The notes beneath the pieces are model-generated. The model made no database searches. It worked only from the letters and a program-made list of their open reading frames with translations, and was not told the origin of the DNA. A stretch of 41,513 nt of DNA from assembly GCA_000320545.1 (NCBI GenBank), contig ADNK01003241.1:1-41513 (forward strand), in the 5' to 3' direction. This stretch comes from Bigelowiella natans CCMP2755. Lineage: Eukaryota > Protista > Cercozoa. The translations under genes and the position numbers were made by a program. Below, piece after piece: positions 37,639 to 41,513 of the stretch (positions are counted from its first letter, which is position 1; each line of letters begins with the position of its first letter).

Positions 37639-39226
37639 CTACTACGGACATTATGCCAAGCAACGCCATGTGCATTTGTAAGTATTCGATTGCCTGGAGC
37701 ATCAGGAAGAAGAAGAAGAAACAGAAACAGAAGAAGAACAAGTCTGATCAGTAAAATCACGATACAATACAATCAGAGACACATTATCACTCCCCTCCCC
37801 TCTCCAATGCACGCTTCTCTCCTTTTCTTCACACGATGTTCATACGTATTAAAAATAGTTAGTAGTAGTAGTAGGAGCATATATTCTCTGTTCGAAACTA
37901 CTATTTACTACAAAAACTACTACTGCTACAACAACAACTACTACTACTACTACACCTACGACTACTACTACTACTACTACAACTACAACTACTGCTACCA
38001 CTAATCACAAATCCCGATGAAAAACTGGATCCTGTGGAAGAAACAAAGCAAGAATGACGAGATGATGATGAGGAAGGAGAAGGAGGAGAATATGAAGAAG
38101 GAGGAGAATAGGAAGAAGAAGAAGAAGAAGAAGAAGAAGAAGAAGAAGGACGGTTTATCATGAAAATACATTGCTTTGTTGGGATGGGCGGCTCATTACA
38201 CATAATAACATTTCGGATGAATAACTTCAAATAATCGAGAGCTAATCTAAACTACTAGTAGTGTACTGCTCACAAATTGTTATTTATCTCGAGAATACGA
38301 TTGATTATATTCTTGTTTGACGAACAAACTTAGAAGCACTACTATAGTCGACGATCATTACTGAAATGCTACTACTAAACCCACCTTGCTGCTCCATCTG
38401 CCATGGAAGTGCAAAGTTGGGTTTTACGTCTGTGCAGAACACTTTAACGACAGACTTAAGCACACTTGGGCTAACGGCCAATCGTCTGCTGCTTGCTGCT
38501 GCAGCTGCTGCGAAGACGGAAGTAGTAGTAGTAGTAGGACTACTGGAAGAGGATGATAATGATGATGATGATGATGATGAAGAATAAAATCCCCGTCGGG
38601 GTCGGTGGAGATGTGGTGGTGCTAGCTGCCTACTACTTTGTTTCGTTCCTTCCTCGTCCTTCTTCTTCTTCCTTGGCTGTCCTCGAAGGTATGTTGCTGT
38701 ATTTGCGAGTAATGATGACGATGATCTACTGAAAGAAGCAGCATAGAGACGTCGTCCTCGGCGTGCTGATGGTTGCATTGTTGCAAAACAAAAACAAAAA
38801 CATGAATTTAAGTTTGACAGCGATACATCAGAAGATTCGTGGATATAACAACTCAAAGTATTTAGCAGCCATATACTCTGATACTACGATTAATGGGCTT
38901 GATTGCGCAATTTGCGCAACACATTAGTATCAATAGTAACGAGTCATATCACCTTGTCTGCTGTTCCACCTCCTTCTCTTACCGATGCTACTACTACTAC
39001 TACTACTACTATCACTAATACTTCGGGAGTTGGAGAGGGGGGCACTAAGTATGCTACTATGCCATTCATTGCGAATAATCGGAGAGGAGAAATACGAAGA
39101 AGCATAAGGGAAAAGATGAAAGGTTCCTCGGGACAATGATGACACCGGACTGCCGACGATAAACCTGTTTATTCGGTAGATAGATGATGGAGGAGGACAA
39201 AATGTTGCCTTTTATTGCGATGTCAG

Positions 39227-39283
<57 letters not shown>

Positions 39284-39547
39284 ATAATCATTATGCATGT
39301 ACACCTCGGCGCAACATTTCAAGTCAAATGGTATTTCAAAAGGAATCACAGCAGTGGACATAAAATTGCATGCATGAAATCTGACTATGTTTCAGCCGTC
39401 GCGCATTCCTATTGTGCATACAATTAACCTGTCATTTCTTGAAGTCCCTCCTGTGGAGAATATCACAGCTGAAAGTGCAATGACCGATGCCATTGTCAAC
39501 ACCGCAATGGCGTCGACAGGCGCTCCTCCTCCTCCTTCTCTCCTCAT
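31051..39547 (-). CDS. DEGP: Deg/HtrA serine protease (plant Deg2/Deg9/Deg10-type, protease plus two PDZ domains) with bipartite plastid-type leader; more than 20 exons
   Basis: Spliced motifs: KSVVKVFCTDVKPNFALPWQMEQQ (exon 38765-38385); GSSFSSGFVISG (38031-37999); NRILTNAHGV (His, from 37693); RKHGDSRKYVATVEHVAHECDLAILK (Asp, ~37205); VVGYPQGGD; ISITQGIVSRVE; LLMIQIDAAINSG|NSGGPA (Ser codon ~36205); GVAFQ..AENIGYIIPVPII; GVLVTHVEP; LKAGDVIAALDGIPIASDGTVPFR; ERVLFSHILRSKYPG; PSYLLYSGLVFTPLSVPYL; VVVLTQVLASD; last exon 31161-31051. ATG 39547 gives MRREGGGGAPVDAIAVLTMASVIALSAVIFSTGG, then a Ser/Arg-rich exon (39164-38953). Subfamily not resolved. Confidence 0.92.
32757..32901. repeat. Long compound (TAC)n/(AAC) microsatellite in a Deg intron
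   Basis: About 145 bp of interrupted TAC triplets read directly. Source of the spurious poly-Leu ORF 32699..32944. Confidence 0.85.
33879..34036. repeat. 42-bp higher-order repeat [(GAT)n-AAATAGGGG] x ~4 in a Deg intron
   Basis: The AAATAGGGG spacer recurs at 33900, 33942 and 33984, and as AAATGGGGG at 34026. Exact 42-nt period. Confidence 0.9.
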
Positions 39548-39825
39548 TGGGTGAGAAGGCTTCTGACTGGTGTGTGTAGAGCAGCAGGCAGGTCAGTCGT
39601 TGGTAATGATAGTACGAGTAGTGGTAGTGGTAAGTGGTAATGGTAGTAGAGTTTGTAGTAGGAGGAGGATCAGTCTCGTGGCTGCCACTGTCTCTCAGGA
39701 AAATGAATAGCAAGAGGATAAGAGAGTCTCGGGAGGATCTCTGAACACACCTGCCGAGACCACATCGTCTCGAGAAAATCTCCAGAGGTGGAGGAGGCAA
39801 ACTAACTAATCATCTCCCGAACACG
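39548..39825. promoter_or_regulatory. Compact bidirectional promoter / 5' UTR region between Deg (-) and VMA12 (+)
   Basis: Only 278 bp separate the two inferred divergent ATGs (39547 and 39826). Positional inference. Confidence 0.5.
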
Positions 39826-40906
39826 ATGGCCGATGACCTGACCTTCTTGCTTACCGACCGAATGCGGAGTGCTATGAAAGCCATTATCACACGCGTTGCA
39901 GCTCTTCCACACGCTCGTAAATTTGAATAAATAGTAGATATCGTTTTGTATGTTCTAAGTGTACCTAATCTCCTAGCCACTGGTAAGGAGGACGTGGTGA
40001 AGCGCCTCGGGGCAAAAATTAAACGCGACGATGACGTAATCTCATTCTCGGTCAGCATATGTTCAGTCCAAGCTATCCTTCGGTCACATTTATGATAAGG
40101 CCACTTGCCACTTGTGCGTTGGTCAGGATGTCCGAGAGATCTCCGAAATATTTCACAAGCTGAGGCTTGAAGCAAGGGTTCCATCATCATCATCATCATT
40201 ATCCAATGCTGCATGCATGCATGCATATGCATGTTGTTGTTGCATCGGTTTGTTTGTACAACATGTCAACAACTTGTATACACACATGCCACTAGCTTCT
40301 TACTCATCAACATACGCAGGATCATAAAGGCTACGTGCATCAATTGCTCAAAGGCTCACAAATACATTTTGTGGAGGAAGAGAAGGTGCGTTTATGGCCA
40401 ATCCTATTGCTTCTTCTTCTTCTGCTCCTCCTCCTCTTGTATGACGTTAGTCATCAATCTGGCATTGCAGAAGGACGATCGTGATCCAGATTTTATTCGC
40501 TGGCTGGAGAAAATGCAAATTAAGGTGATAAAGATTACTCACTAAAAAAATCATTATTAAAATCTTTAACTTGCGGCGTATATGCTGATGGATACCAGGC
40601 TGATCGCGAGCTAATATTCGGTCCCCAACGAGAAAAAGATGCTGGAGCGAAGGTAAATGATGTATAGTTGCAAGCAACAGTAACGGTGTACTTCTCCTCC
40701 TCTTCCTCCTCCTTTGATTTCTGACACACACACGCGCGCGCGGGTCTGCATTCCTCATTAATCATTATTTTTCCTGGGTGGGTGGCTGGTGGTAATTATA
40801 TTATTGATAGTCGGTGACAATGGAATTGGGGCTGGGACTGAACATTATTCTTCTGATGCTCTCCTCCTTTTTCGTCCTGTATACGGTAGAAGATGCAGCA
40901 TTATTC

Positions 40907-40951
<45 letters not shown>

Positions 40952-41513
40952 ATTACATTCCGGTGGTGGTATCTAGCTTGTCGTCATAAATAACAAACGA
41001 TTGTCCCGGAGAGCAGCGAATACAGCTTCTTAATTGTTGCCACTTCTTCGTTGCAAGGCCATTATTCCTTGTATTACCACCATCATCATCATCATCATCA
41101 TCATTATCATTGGTGACATCATATTAATGTTGAAGCATCCTTACAACATACATACATATGCTGCTGCTCAGGGAGGTCAGCAAGCCTTTCCAGATAGTAA
41201 GATTATACCTGTGTTGATGGGTGCAGCAGGTTTAGTAGGAATTCTGGTAAGTAATCAATCATCATTTGTCTTGTCAAGTAGTAGTAGTAGACAATTAACC
41301 GAAAATATCGATGTAAATTGGATATTCATGTTGTCGTATGCTCTTGTCTGCTTCCTTTCTGTGCTGTGTTTCTCTTCTTCTTCTTCCCCTCTTCTTTTGC
41401 ATAGAAATCTTCCTGTTCCTTGTCAATTATTCTTCCCCACTAATTCATATGTCCTCATGATCAGATAGTTGAAACGATATTAATCATAGCAAGAGATGAA
41501 AGAGAAGAGCTGA
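39826..41513 (+). CDS. VMA12: V-ATPase assembly factor Vma12/TMEM199, 3'-truncated; exons 39826-39916, 39977-40050, 40127-40177, 40320-40385, 40471-40524, 40599-40652, 40811-40885, 41172-41246, 41465->41513
   Basis: Spliced: MADDLTFLLTDRMRSAMKAIITRVAALPHAPTGKEDVVKRLGAKIKRDDDVISFSDVREISEIFHKLRLEARDHKGYVHQLLKGSQIHFVEEEKKDDRDPDFIRWLEKMQIKADRELIFGPQREKDAGAKSVTMELGLGLNIILLMLSSFFVLYTGGQQAFPDSKIIPVLMGAAGLVGILIVETILIIARDEREEL... The motifs YxHxLLxGSxI and RxPxxxxxLEKxxI, followed by two C-terminal TM helices ending in xELYxx-like VETILI, match Vma12/TMEM199. All junctions are GT-AG and in frame. Confidence 0.82.

Noticed and set aside
39432-39800. 122-aa ORF containing VDNGIG (GHKL-like DxGxG)
   Set aside because: Non-ATG start, and an off-frame overlap of the Deg signal-peptide exon and the promoter gap. 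The motif is coincidental.
1-41513. CRISPR arrays, transposase/reverse transcriptase genes, rRNA, tRNA, telomeric arrays
   Set aside because: None seen by eye: there is no repeat-spacer structure, no RT, integrase or transposase motif, and no telomeric tandem array. tRNAscan-SE, Infernal and RepeatMasker were not run, so small ncRNAs or decayed elements cannot be excluded.

Overview
Intron-rich eukaryotic nuclear DNA, with canonical GT-AG introns and many (GTA)n/(GAT)n/(CA)n/(TA)n microsatellites. It is most likely from a chlorarachniophyte alga (Bigelowiella/Lotharella type). That assignment is an inference from a histone H2A and a Deg protease that both carry signal-peptide-led bipartite leaders. 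Most entries in the supplied ORF track are microsatellite artefacts or single exons. Splicing by hand gives six genes: (1) an orphan gene on the minus strand running off the left edge; (2) COA5/PET191 (+, 3 exons); (3) a divergent H2A with a signal peptide, transit-like segment and K/D-rich tail, probably nucleomorph-targeted (+, 4 exons); (4) a ~21 kb gene of about 40 exons encoding a NO VEIN-like protein of roughly 4,000 aa, with an intact sacsin-type GHKL ATPase, a SAP-like motif and a C-terminal DUF3883/NOV_C PD-(D/E)XK nuclease-like domain (+); (5) a Deg/HtrA protease with an intact triad, a plastid-type leader and an ~80-aa acidic insert (-); (6) VMA12/TMEM199 running off the right edge (+). 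Three purine-pyrimidine palindrome-rich spacers lie just downstream of gene 3' ends. Two stretches (about 4.1-5.9 kb and 7.9-8.9 kb) look partly coding but could not be resolved. All exon models are manual, with no RNA evidence and no database search.
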